Positions 48,632 through 58,026 of a stretch of DNA of 64,000 nucleotides are shown here, piece by piece. The position numbers and the translations under genes are program-made. Positions within the stretch are counted from its first letter, which is position 1. Every line of letters starts with the position of its first letter. The notes below the pieces were generated by a model. That model made no database searches, had not been told where the DNA came from, and saw only the letters and a program-made list of their open reading frames with translations. This DNA comes from a virus: IMG/VR virus record IMGVR_UViG_3300046028_008994; one strand, 5' to 3'.

Positions 48632-49410
48632 GTTTAGGAAGAATAACAGATTACGATAAAAAATTACCAATAGTAGAATTATACTATTGTGTACAAAGTG
48701 AAGGTTCAAGAGCAGGCTTTCCAACAGTAGCCGTTAGAACAACAGGCTGTACTCACAGATGTTGGTTTGGTGAAGGTGGTTGGTGTGATTCATGGTATAC
48801 AAGCATTCATCCTGAAAAAGGTGGATTTACATTTAATGATATTGTTAAAATGTATGATAATAGACCTGATATTACTGAAATGATGTTAACAGGTGGTTCT
48901 CCAACAATGCATCCTGATTTAGTTAATGAATTAACACATTTTGCTAATGAAAGAGGTATTGTAATTACAATTGAAACTGAAGGTTCACATTTTCTAGAAA
49001 CAGATTTTCCAATTGGCTTAATTTCATTATCACCTAAATTTACTAATAGTGTTCCTAAATTAGGAGTATTAACACCAAAAGGAGCTGTAGTAGATCAAAA
49101 GATGATTGATCAACATAATAAATTACGTTTAAATAAAGACGCAATGTGTAAAACAATTGATTATCATACTAATTACCATTTTAAACCAGTGTGTAATCCT
49201 GTAGAAATGCCTGAAATTTGGGAAGAAATTGAAGCATTTAGAGTAGAGATGAATATTCCTAAAAACAAAACATGGATTATGCCTCCAGGTGATAATAGAC
49301 AAGAGTTAATAAGAGTATATCCAATGGTATTTGATTTTTGTGCTGAACATGGATATAATTTTACAGGTAGAGAACATATTATTGCCTTTGATACTCGTCG
49401 TGGAGTTTGA
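48628..49410 (+). CDS. queE: 7-carboxy-7-deazaguanine synthase (radical SAM)
   Basis: QSEG...G, GCTHRC...WCDS, LTGG.P, IETEG, SPK. Confidence 0.9.
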   Translation: MSLGRITDYDKKLPIVELYYCVQSEGSRAGFPTVAVRTTGCTHRCWFGEGGWCDSWYTSIHPEKGGFTFNDIVKMYDNRPDITEMMLTGGSPTMHPDLVNELTHFANERGIVITIETEGSHFLETDFPIGLISLSPKFTNSVPKLGVLTPKGAVVDQKMIDQHNKLRLNKDAMCKTIDYHTNYHFKPVCNPVEMPEIWEEIEAFRVEMNIPKNKTWIMPPGDNRQELIRVYPMVFDFCAEHGYNFTGREHIIAFDTRRGV

Positions 49411-49455
49411 TTATAATACATAAAGAAGAGTCTATTTTCATATATTTATTAATAT

Positions 49456-50094
49456 ATGAGTAGATATAAACAAATATGTAATGAATGTAAAATACATTAT
49501 AAATCAAATGGATCAGGGAGTAAATATTGTTCTCCTGATTGTAGGCAAATAGCAAGAGCTAAAGATAGACAATTTACTTCCTGTTCCTGTTGTTTTAAAG
49601 ATGTTAGATATTTTCCTAACAGTGAACATAAAAATAAGAAAAATATTTTTTGTTCTAATAAATGTCAAGGAGAATGGATGAAAATTAATTCACAAAATCT
49701 TCAATTGGTTGAAAGAGCTAATAAGATGAGAGAAAGTTGGAATGAAAATGCTTGGAAAAAAGGAATTGAAACTAGAATAAAAAAAGGAAATATCATTGAT
49801 TGGGATAAAGCAGGATGGAAACAATATTGGAAAAGATGTGATTGGTTAACTAGAAAAATTAGAAAACAAATGTTAGAAAATTGGGATGGTTATGATTATA
49901 TTAGTAAAGAATATATTAAAGATAATTTAATTTTACATTATAGTCATGGTGATTATCCTACATTAGACCATATTAAACCCCGATCACAGTGTTTTAAAGA
50001 AGGTTTATCTCCATATGAAGCTACTAAACCAGAAAATTTAGCATGGACTACAAGAAAAAACAATAGTAAAAAATCACAGAAAAAATTAAAATAG
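49456..50094 (+). CDS. HNH-type endonuclease with N-terminal Cys/Zn motifs
   Basis: CxxC...YCSxxC twice; LDHIKP...ENL...NN.KK; class L motif. Confidence 0.7.
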   Translation: MSRYKQICNECKIHYKSNGSGSKYCSPDCRQIARAKDRQFTSCSCCFKDVRYFPNSEHKNKKNIFCSNKCQGEWMKINSQNLQLVERANKMRESWNENAWKKGIETRIKKGNIIDWDKAGWKQYWKRCDWLTRKIRKQMLENWDGYDYISKEYIKDNLILHYSHGDYPTLDHIKPRSQCFKEGLSPYEATKPENLAWTTRKNNSKKSQKKLK

Positions 50095-50097
50095 AAA

Positions 50098-50496
50098 ATG
50101 GTATTATTAACAACACATCCTGTTAAAAAATTAGATTTAGGTACTCATGGTAATCTATTTGGTGGTAAGTTACTCTCACTATTAGATTCAGCTGTAGCAG
50201 CTTATGCAATGGAGACATGCCATAGTAAAAATATGGTTACTGTTTCTATTGATAAATGTGAGTTTAAAAAACCTGCAAAAGAAGGTAATTTAGTAAAAAT
50301 ATATGCTGAATTAACTAAAATAGGAACTACATCAGCTCAATTTAATGTTGAGGCTAGAAATTATAATGTATTTACTGAAGAAGAAACTTGTATATTATCT
50401 ACTCATATGACTTTTGTTAGAATTGATGACGAAGGCGGACCAATTCCAATTTCAGAAACAGTTAGAAGAAAATTTAATTCTCCAGTTACAAAATAA
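50098..50496 (+). CDS. Hot-dog-fold acyl-CoA thioesterase (YciA-like)
   Basis: GNLFGGKLL..LD, VTVSID...FKKP, TFVRID. Confidence 0.88.
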   Translation: MVLLTTHPVKKLDLGTHGNLFGGKLLSLLDSAVAAYAMETCHSKNMVTVSIDKCEFKKPAKEGNLVKIYAELTKIGTTSAQFNVEARNYNVFTEEETCILSTHMTFVRIDDEGGPIPISETVRRKFNSPVTK

Positions 50497-50508
50497 TATT
50501 TATAATAT

Positions 50509-50748
50509 ATGAAAATAACGTATTTTTACCATAAAGGATGTCGTCAATGTAAAGACTTAGCTCCTATCATAAATGAATTTCAAGCTCCTCTTAACATTAA
50601 TTTGGTAGACACATATACTGATAGTATGTTAATGGAAGAAAATACAATTAACTGGGTTCCTACTCTTGTGATTGAAGATAAAAACGGAAAACACAAATTT
50701 GAAGGACCAGCTGAAGTTAAAGAAGTTTTGAGAAAATTAGTTTTATGA
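50509..50748 (+). CDS. Thioredoxin-like protein
   Basis: CRQC, WVPT. Confidence 0.8.
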   Translation: MKITYFYHKGCRQCKDLAPIINEFQAPLNINLVDTYTDSMLMEENTINWVPTLVIEDKNGKHKFEGPAEVKEVLRKLVL

Positions 50749-51248
50749 TAGTAGAATTCACAGAAAAAGAAATACAAGACAAAATTAAACAAATTGCTGA
50801 TTTTATTAATCAGAAACAACATAATAAACCTCCTGTGTTTATATGTGTATTAAACGGTGCTTTTATGTTTTTTACGGATTTAGTGAAACAAATAGGTAAA
50901 TGCGAAATAGACTTTATACGTGCGAAATCTTACGAAGGTACTACACAAAGTGAGATAAAAATTACTAAATCTTGTGAATTAGAACTAATAGATAGAGATG
51001 TTTATTTAGTAGATGATATCTATGATTCGGGAAATACAGTAAAAGCATTAATAAAACATTTATCAAACGAAAAAGCAAATTCAATAACACCAATTACATT
51101 ATTTAAAAAGTGGCATTCAAATCATCCTGAATTAATATATGGTTTTGAATTAACAGATGAACATTGGTTAATAGGTTATGGTTTAGATGCAAGTGATGGT
51201 ACTCAAAGAAACCTTACTTATATTAAAGGTATCCAACCAGGAGATTAA
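50745..51248 (+). CDS. hpt: Hypoxanthine/guanine phosphoribosyltransferase-like protein
   Basis: CVLNGAFMF, AKSY, LVDDIYDSGNT, GYGLD. Confidence 0.9.
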   Translation: MIVEFTEKEIQDKIKQIADFINQKQHNKPPVFICVLNGAFMFFTDLVKQIGKCEIDFIRAKSYEGTTQSEIKITKSCELELIDRDVYLVDDIYDSGNTVKALIKHLSNEKANSITPITLFKKWHSNHPELIYGFELTDEHWLIGYGLDASDGTQRNLTYIKGIQPGD

Positions 51249-51260
51249 TATTTATATTAA

Positions 51261-52091
51261 ATGAATTCAACACACGTATTTAAAAGAAAAATAGCAGAAA
51301 TAAAAGATGAATATCCTTTATTAGAAAATCATGGAGATTTATGGGCTTTAGGAATGTATGATAGTATTTGTGAAGAACAGATTTTAAAAGAATTTATTTC
51401 ACAAACAATTGAAGCTGATAAAACTTCTAAAGAACTTGATAAACGTTTTCCAGCTTTAGATATTTCAATAAATATAGAATCACCAAAAGTATTTAGTATA
51501 AATCTACCTAAATCAGCTTTTAAATATTGGGGGGAAATATCTAAATTTCTTGATACTTTTGGTTGGTATCCATCTTATATAGCATTAGTTACAGAGGATT
51601 TTTTTGGTGGTTTTTTAAAAGATAAAGGAAAATATAGCAATGAATCTATGAATACCATGATGAAATCAGCTGATGATGAGGATGCTATTCAAATATCAAT
51701 AGAAGCCAAATATGATACAGAACAACAACCAGAAAAATATTATTATCATTTAGTTCCCGATATTTATCTAGATAAAGTAGAATTAAAAGGTTTGACACCA
51801 AAAACCAAAAGTAAAATAGCAACTCATCCAGAACGAGTATATTTACTAAATCCAGATAATGAAGATGAATTTGAAAAAATAGCTAATATGCTGTATGATA
51901 AAACTCCATCAAAAGAAACAAAATCAAAAATTAAAAATTATCATCTGTTAAGAATTAATGCTGATGCTATAAAAGATAAAGTTAAATTTTATAACGATCC
52001 TAATTTTCGAATTGGAAATGGAGCTGTTTGGACATATCAAAATATAGCTCCTAAATACATAGAAAAAATAGAAACTATTCCTATTGGATAG
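51261..52091 (+). CDS. Late protein with C-terminal ADP-ribosyltransferase (Tpt1/KptA-like) fold
   Basis: YYH.....L.KV...GL.P, RVYL, LLRI, NIAP..I; class L motif. Confidence 0.55.
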   Translation: MNSTHVFKRKIAEIKDEYPLLENHGDLWALGMYDSICEEQILKEFISQTIEADKTSKELDKRFPALDISINIESPKVFSINLPKSAFKYWGEISKFLDTFGWYPSYIALVTEDFFGGFLKDKGKYSNESMNTMMKSADDEDAIQISIEAKYDTEQQPEKYYYHLVPDIYLDKVELKGLTPKTKSKIATHPERVYLLNPDNEDEFEKIANMLYDKTPSKETKSKIKNYHLLRINADAIKDKVKFYNDPNFRIGNGAVWTYQNIAPKYIEKIETIPIG

Positions 52092-52121
52092 TTTGGTAAA
52101 ATAAAAAACAATTTATATATT
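52092..52121 (+). promoter_or_regulatory. Class E promoter
   Basis: TTTGG-N19-TATATT. Confidence 0.75.
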
Positions 52122-52132
52122 ATAATAAAGTT

Positions 52133-52810
52133 ATGTCAGATAAGAAAAAATTCGATTTAGAATGTGTTACGCCCGGTTTTGCCAATGGCTTAGCACCAGG
52201 TGCACCATTCACCGAATCTCAAAAATGGGAAATGGTAGTAGAGGCTGAAGAAGCATATGGTAAATTTCTAGATGCATTAAAATGTGATTGGAGAAATGAC
52301 CCAAATTCATCAAACACACCACACAGAGTAGCAAAAGCATATGTTTTTGATTTATGGAAAGGTAGATACGAGGATATGAGTGGAATAACTTCATTTCCAT
52401 CAGATGGTTATGATGGTATTGTAATCGAACGTAACATTCCATTAACAAGTATGTGTTCACATCACCACCAAACAATTGGAGGTGTAGTTCATGTTGGTTA
52501 TATTGTTGGTGAAAATGGTAGTGTAATCGGTTTATCAAAATTAAATCGTATTGTAGAACATTTTGGGCGCAGAGGTGCTATTCAAGAACAATTAACATCA
52601 GCAATTCATCAAGCAGTAGATAAAGTTTGTGAAAACAACAGAGGTGTTATTGTAACAGTAGTAGCAACACACAATTGTGTAAAATGTAGAGGTGTTAAAC
52701 ATCAAGGTGCATCAATGGTTACAACTAAAGCATCAGGAGTGTTTATGGATAATGCTAATCAAGCACGTACAGAGTATTTTGATAGTTTAAAAATTAATGG
52801 AAGTTTATAA
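52133..52810 (+). CDS. folE: GTP cyclohydrolase I
   Basis: TPHRVAK, SMCSHH, GLSKLNR, QEQLT, HNCVKCRG. Confidence 0.95.
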   Translation: MSDKKKFDLECVTPGFANGLAPGAPFTESQKWEMVVEAEEAYGKFLDALKCDWRNDPNSSNTPHRVAKAYVFDLWKGRYEDMSGITSFPSDGYDGIVIERNIPLTSMCSHHHQTIGGVVHVGYIVGENGSVIGLSKLNRIVEHFGRRGAIQEQLTSAIHQAVDKVCENNRGVIVTVVATHNCVKCRGVKHQGASMVTTKASGVFMDNANQARTEYFDSLKINGSL

Positions 52811-52811
52811 T

Positions 52812-53264
52812 ATGGTAACAATTTACGCACACAAAAATCATCCAGATGCTGTTATACCTGAAGTAGCTTATGGTAAAACATCAGCTTGTTTCGATATTAC
52901 TTGTACTGAAACAACAATAATTCCACCAAACGGTAAAGCAGTAGTACCTAATGGTTTAAATTTAGTAATAGAAGATAATTATAAATATTGGATGCAAATT
53001 CAATTAAGATCATCTAAAGGATTTAAACATGATTTAATTCCTCATTACGGAACTGTTGATCCTGGTTATACAGGTGATTTAGGTATTAAAATATACAATG
53101 TTGGTTCAACACCAGTAACTATTGAAAAAGGGGAAAGATATGCTCAAATAGCTGTTATCCCAATCCCAGAATATGAGATTATAGAATTAGATGATACTGA
53201 ATTTGAATCTGTAAAATCTCGTCAAGGTAGAGGAGATAAAGGATTTGGTTCTTCTGGTAAATAA
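52812..53264 (+). CDS. dut: dUTPase; start revised
   Basis: ACFD, RSS, GTVDPGYTG, ERYAQ, RGDKGFGSSG. Confidence 0.92.
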   Translation: MVTIYAHKNHPDAVIPEVAYGKTSACFDITCTETTIIPPNGKAVVPNGLNLVIEDNYKYWMQIQLRSSKGFKHDLIPHYGTVDPGYTGDLGIKIYNVGSTPVTIEKGERYAQIAVIPIPEYEIIELDDTEFESVKSRQGRGDKGFGSSGK

Positions 53265-53278
53265 TAATATTTATAATC

Positions 53279-53569
53279 ATGAAAAAAGCAGATAACTTCA
53301 ACCCTGGGAAGTGGTTAGTAGAAAACAAATTAACTAATCAATCACAGTTGAATGAAATGCCTATAATAATGGATCCTAATAGAAAAGTAGATTTAAATTC
53401 AATAGAACTTGATGGTGTTGATCCATCTGATTATCCTGATTTTTCTGATGCTTATGTAATATATGCTCAATACACAGATGGGACCCCACTAACAGAAGAT
53501 GAATTAGATGAATTTAATGATAAACATTATGATATAGCTCAGGAATTAGCTTTAGAAAGATTTTACTAG
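53279..53569 (+). CDS. Small acidic protein with DNF leader, probable internal head protein
   Basis: Class L motif; MKKADNF...LVE...LNE; DYPDFSDAY domain. Confidence 0.65.
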   Translation: MKKADNFNPGKWLVENKLTNQSQLNEMPIIMDPNRKVDLNSIELDGVDPSDYPDFSDAYVIYAQYTDGTPLTEDELDEFNDKHYDIAQELALERFY

Positions 53570-53596
53570 AAAATAAAATTAAAATTTTATAACATT

Positions 53597-53630
53597 AAGG
53601 CTTGGGAAACCAAGCCTTTTTTTGTATATT
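53597..53630 (+). promoter_or_regulatory. Composite terminator hairpin and class E promoter; core identical to the 34515 copy
   Basis: AAGGCTTGGGAAACCAAGCCTTTTTTTGTAT. Confidence 0.8.
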
Positions 53631-53638
53631 AACAGAGA

Positions 53639-56299
53639 ATGTATCAATCAATTTATTATGATAAAGACGAAAAACAATATTATCTAAGAGATGATAGTTG
53701 GGAAGGCTTTAAGGAATTCCAATATTGGCCTACTTATTATCAAAAAGATTATGAAGGTGAATTTGAAACATTAGAAGGTGAACGAGTATCTGCTGTTAAT
53801 CGTATTAAAGATTGGAAAGATACAAGTTATTTTGAAAAAGATGTTGATAGAACCACACGTTTATTAGTAGACCAATATTATGAATCAGACGAAACACCAA
53901 AATTCCACAATATTGTTTATTTAGATATAGAGTGTGAAATATTAGGTGCATTAACCGAAGAAAGTATTAAACAAGCATTAGCTAAAATAACAGCACTTGC
54001 TTTATATGATAATAATTCTAAAAAATACTATTGTTTAATATTAGATGAAACAGGTACTATGGAAGAAGTACATGATGATACTAAAGAGGTAATACCTTAC
54101 ACTTCCGAATCTGATTTATTACATGGTTTTTTAAATAAATGGTATCAATTAGATCCTACAATTGTTACAGGATGGAATAGTATGTTTTTTGATATACCTT
54201 ATTTGTATTATAGAATAAGTAAAGTATTAGGTACAGATATAGCTAAAACATTATCTCCAATCAATAAAATAAAAATAACACCATATTCAGAACAACCAGT
54301 AAGTATTGGAGGGGTTGCGCATTTAGATTATATGCTTTTATTTAAAAAGTTTATTACTAAACAAGAACCAACTTATCGATTAGGTGATATTGGTACTAAG
54401 TATGTTAAATTAGGTAAAATTGAATATGATGGTTCATTAGATAATTTATTTAGAGAAGATGTAAATAAGTTTATTGAATATAATGTTCGAGACGTTGAAA
54501 TTATTGTTGAATTAGAGAAAAAATTAAAATTTATTGAATTAACAATTACAATTTGTCATTTGTGTCATACTGATTACGAACAGATTTACTTATCAACAAT
54601 GTTAAATGAGGGAGCAATTTTAACATATTTAAAACGTAAAGGAATTGTTTCACCTAATAAACCTACAACAATGAATCCTGCTTTAAGGGATTTAAGTGTT
54701 AAAAAAGCAAAATGGGAATATGAGCAAGGTAATATTACTAAAGAGGAATTAGAAGAAATTATATTCTTAGCAGAATATGCAGGTGGTTATTTAAAAGATC
54801 CTATTCCTGGTTTATATGAGTGGGTTATTGACTTAGACTTTACCTCGTTATATCCTTCAATCATTCGTTCACTTAATATGGGTATTGAAACTCTAGTAGG
54901 TCGTGTTGTAAATGGAGGTAAATTTGATAATCAATGGTCTTTAAAGGAATTAAAACAAATGGATCCTAATAAAGTAGTTGTTATTGAAAAAATTAAAAAG
55001 AATAGAACAATTGCTACTTCACAAATTACAGTAGGCGGATTAATTAGTATTATTGAAAGTAATGATTTAATAATTTCTGCTCCTGGTGTTATATTCCGTA
55101 AAGATAAATCTAGTATTGTTTGTGAAATTTTATCTGATTGGTTTGCTAAACGTCAAGAATATAAAGATTTGATGAAACAAGCATACAAATCAGGTAATAA
55201 AGAGTTAGGTGATTTTTATAATAGTAGACAACATGCTTACAAGATTAAATTAAATGACGTTTATGGTGTATTTGCTATTAACGGATGGAGATACACAGAT
55301 GGTAATAAGTTTATATCTAAAGCTATTACACTAACAGGTCAACGATTAACACAAGAATCAATTAAATTTGTAAATATTTGGTTAAATGAACAATTAGGTA
55401 CAGAAGATAAAGATTACATTGTAACATCAGATACTGACTCGTTGTTTATTCAAGTTAAAGATTTAATATTATTCCGTAAACCAGAATTAGCCACTGCAGA
55501 TCAAGAAACAATTGTACAAGAGGTATTAAAAGTTGCTACTGAAATACAATCATTAGCAAATAATTATTTAAATACTTTAGTACAAGAGTTATTTAACATT
55601 AAATTTCCTGACGAACCACATTATTTTGAATTAAAACAAGAGGTTGTATTAGATAGAGGTTATTTTGCAGGTAAAAGAAGATACGCAATGCATATTGTTA
55701 ATAAAGAAGGTGTAACAGTAGATGAACTAGATGTTAAAGGATTAGATTTGATGAAATCAAATTTCCCTCCTATATTTAGAAAATTTGGTGAACATATTAT
55801 TAATGAAATTATGTTTGGTAGAGAAAAAACTGATATTGATAAACAAATTCTAGATTTTAGAACATCAATAAGAACAGTTGATTGGAGAACAATATTAAAA
55901 CCAACAGGTTTAAAGAAGATGAAAGAATATATTGCATCACCTCCTATGACTGGTGATATATTTTCAAGATTAGGTAACAAATGTCCAATTAATACAAAAG
56001 CTGCTATTTATTATAATGATATTTTACGATTTAAAAAGTTAGATAAAAAATATCCAACATTTCAAATTGGTGATAAAATGTTTATAGCTTACTTAAAAGA
56101 CAACCCATACCGAGTTGATGTTGTAGGATTTAATGGGTATAATGATCCACCTGAAATAATGGAATTTGTTGAAAAATATATAGATAGAGACGGTTTATTT
56201 GATTCAGTTATGAAAAATAAATTAGAATCATTATATTCAGATTTAGGATGGGGTGCTGTAGTATTAAATCAAAATATTAACAAATTCTTTAAGTTTTAG
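53639..56299 (+). CDS. Family B DNA polymerase (T4 gp43-like)
   Basis: DIE, GWN...FD, DFTSLYPS, K..LN..YG, SDTDS, KRRY. Confidence 0.97.
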   Translation: MYQSIYYDKDEKQYYLRDDSWEGFKEFQYWPTYYQKDYEGEFETLEGERVSAVNRIKDWKDTSYFEKDVDRTTRLLVDQYYESDETPKFHNIVYLDIECEILGALTEESIKQALAKITALALYDNNSKKYYCLILDETGTMEEVHDDTKEVIPYTSESDLLHGFLNKWYQLDPTIVTGWNSMFFDIPYLYYRISKVLGTDIAKTLSPINKIKITPYSEQPVSIGGVAHLDYMLLFKKFITKQEPTYRLGDIGTKYVKLGKIEYDGSLDNLFREDVNKFIEYNVRDVEIIVELEKKLKFIELTITICHLCHTDYEQIYLSTMLNEGAILTYLKRKGIVSPNKPTTMNPALRDLSVKKAKWEYEQGNITKEELEEIIFLAEYAGGYLKDPIPGLYEWVIDLDFTSLYPSIIRSLNMGIETLVGRVVNGGKFDNQWSLKELKQMDPNKVVVIEKIKKNRTIATSQITVGGLISIIESNDLIISAPGVIFRKDKSSIVCEILSDWFAKRQEYKDLMKQAYKSGNKELGDFYNSRQHAYKIKLNDVYGVFAINGWRYTDGNKFISKAITLTGQRLTQESIKFVNIWLNEQLGTEDKDYIVTSDTDSLFIQVKDLILFRKPELATADQETIVQEVLKVATEIQSLANNYLNTLVQELFNIKFPDEPHYFELKQEVVLDRGYFAGKRRYAMHIVNKEGVTVDELDVKGLDLMKSNFPPIFRKFGEHIINEIMFGREKTDIDKQILDFRTSIRTVDWRTILKPTGLKKMKEYIASPPMTGDIFSRLGNKCPINTKAAIYYNDILRFKKLDKKYPTFQIGDKMFIAYLKDNPYRVDVVGFNGYNDPPEIMEFVEKYIDRDGLFDSVMKNKLESLYSDLGWGAVVLNQNINKFFKF

Positions 56300-56313
56300 T
56301 AATATTTATAATT

Positions 56314-56835
56314 ATGAAAGATAATTTTGATGTTCATAAATGGAATAATCAACGAAAACTAACAGAAGCTAATATTTTTGAAATAAAAATAAATAATCCT
56401 TTATCATTAGTAAGATCAAATTTTGACTATGATGGAACTTTTCTATATTTTACCACACAAGAGGGAGGTAAACTATTAAAAAAATTATTACCAATGCCAT
56501 CACCATCTATTTTATCAATTTACTATAAAAAAATACTACCAGAAAATCCTGAGTATCCTAATGTTGTTCAAGAAGCAAAAAAAGCACTTAATGTTATATT
56601 ATTATCTTCCTTAAAAGATAATCCTAATATGACTTTTCGTTTATCAACAATTAAAGAAGACTCTTTATCAAATGGTATGGTTGTTGTTTTAGATATGGAT
56701 AAAGAAAATAATAATGAAGAAAAAAATATTATAATGAGAACTATTAATGACGCTTTAAGTTCATCTGTTGATGATGTTTTAGAAGATATAGTAAATGGAA
56801 ATGAGGCAGGAGATTATGAAGAATATGATGAATAA
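56314..56835 (+). CDS. Protein with DNF leader, probable internal head protein
   Basis: Class L motif; MKDNFD...LTE...IFEIKINNP; acidic tail. Confidence 0.65.
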   Translation: MKDNFDVHKWNNQRKLTEANIFEIKINNPLSLVRSNFDYDGTFLYFTTQEGGKLLKKLLPMPSPSILSIYYKKILPENPEYPNVVQEAKKALNVILLSSLKDNPNMTFRLSTIKEDSLSNGMVVVLDMDKENNNEEKNIIMRTINDALSSSVDDVLEDIVNGNEAGDYEEYDE

Positions 56836-56857
56836 TATAATTAATAGATTTTAAATT

Positions 56858-56891
56858 AAGGCTTGGATAACTAAGCCTTTTTTTGTATATT
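56858..56891 (+). promoter_or_regulatory. Composite terminator hairpin and class E promoter
   Basis: AAGGCTTGG-ATAA-CTAAGCCTT plus T-tract; CTTGG-N19-TATATT. Confidence 0.8.
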
Positions 56892-56906
56892 TATAATAAA
56901 TAAGTT

Positions 56907-57647
56907 ATGATTAATAAGTTAGATCTTACGGCTATTATTTCCAAGTATTATTTAAACGGCCTAGTTGAAGCCGTTAAATGGGAAATTCAAGATAACAACC
57001 TTTCAATTAAATTCACTGCACCTGACCGTTCAATGTTAGGTATAGTTAAGCACAGTAATTTTGAAATCGAAGATTCTGTGTTCGGTGTTAATAATACAAC
57101 ACAATTAAACAAACTACTAGGTATTACTAATGGTTATTTAGATCTTAAATATATTAAATACAATAATAAGATTACCAAATTAGTAGTATCAGATAATCAA
57201 TTTACTTTAAATTATGCTGTTGCTGATATACAAATTATCCCAAAAGCAGGAGAATATATCGGAGATGATAGTTACAACATCATGGCTGATTTAGATAATG
57301 AAAGTATTAATGCTATTGTTAAAGCTAAATCAGCTTTAGCAGATAGTGATACAGTTGTATTTAAACCTCACACAGGTGCTGATGGAGATTTACAAATGGA
57401 AATGGAATTTGGTGGAAATATAGAACATTCTAATAAAGTATCGTTTTATATACCAAATATCAAAACAAAAGACTTACCTACAAACTTTAAAGCACATTAC
57501 AATTCAGATTTAATAAAAGAAATAATGTATTGTAATAAAGATGTAGCTACAGGTAAAATGGTTATAAATTTAGATGGGATTATGAGTTTAGTATTTGAAA
57601 GTAATAATCTTAAAAGTGAATATTTTCTAGTTGCAAAAGAAGTATAA
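56907..57647 (+). CDS. Sliding clamp (T4 gp45/PCNA-like)
   Basis: Size, alpha/beta pattern, C-terminal GIMSL.F...SEYFLV; lies between PolB and the clamp loader. Confidence 0.7.
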   Translation: MINKLDLTAIISKYYLNGLVEAVKWEIQDNNLSIKFTAPDRSMLGIVKHSNFEIEDSVFGVNNTTQLNKLLGITNGYLDLKYIKYNNKITKLVVSDNQFTLNYAVADIQIIPKAGEYIGDDSYNIMADLDNESINAIVKAKSALADSDTVVFKPHTGADGDLQMEMEFGGNIEHSNKVSFYIPNIKTKDLPTNFKAHYNSDLIKEIMYCNKDVATGKMVINLDGIMSLVFESNNLKSEYFLVAKEV

Positions 57648-57652
57648 GAAAA

Positions 57653-57682
57653 TTTGGATATTATAAAAAATCATCGTATATT
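57653..57682 (+). promoter_or_regulatory. Class E promoter
   Basis: TTTGG-N19-TATATT. Confidence 0.75.
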
Positions 57683-57702
57683 TAGTGTAATTAAATTTAG
57701 TT

Positions 57703-58026
57703 ATGACAGAAATAAAAGAACCATCAACCTCCAACACAACAATTATTAGAGATCCTAAAATTGAACCATTTTACATAAGTAAAGATGCTTATTGTTATAC
57801 TATCTTTAAAACGGTTACTCCTGATATAAGATACACAGAAAATAACCAACCAGGTAAAGAATATTCAAAATCATTAGGACATTATAGTAGCTTTGCAAGT
57901 TGTTTAAAAGCTTTAGCAAAAGAAAAAGTAAATGACAATCAAAATTATAGTTCTATACAAGAATATATTGATAAATTTAAAAAATTAGAAACATCAATTA
58001 AAGAATTATTAAACGTAGTAGATTAA
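57703..58026 (+). CDS. Hypothetical protein
   Basis: ORF downstream of a class E promoter. Confidence 0.65.
   Translation: MTEIKEPSTSNTTIIRDPKIEPFYISKDAYCYTIFKTVTPDIRYTENNQPGKEYSKSLGHYSSFASCLKALAKEKVNDNQNYSSIQEYIDKFKKLETSIKELLNVVD

Noticed and set aside
54660-54780. Insertion in PolB before the YAGG motif as an intein or intron
   Set aside because: Only about 25-30 aa, in frame, with no intein terminal residues.
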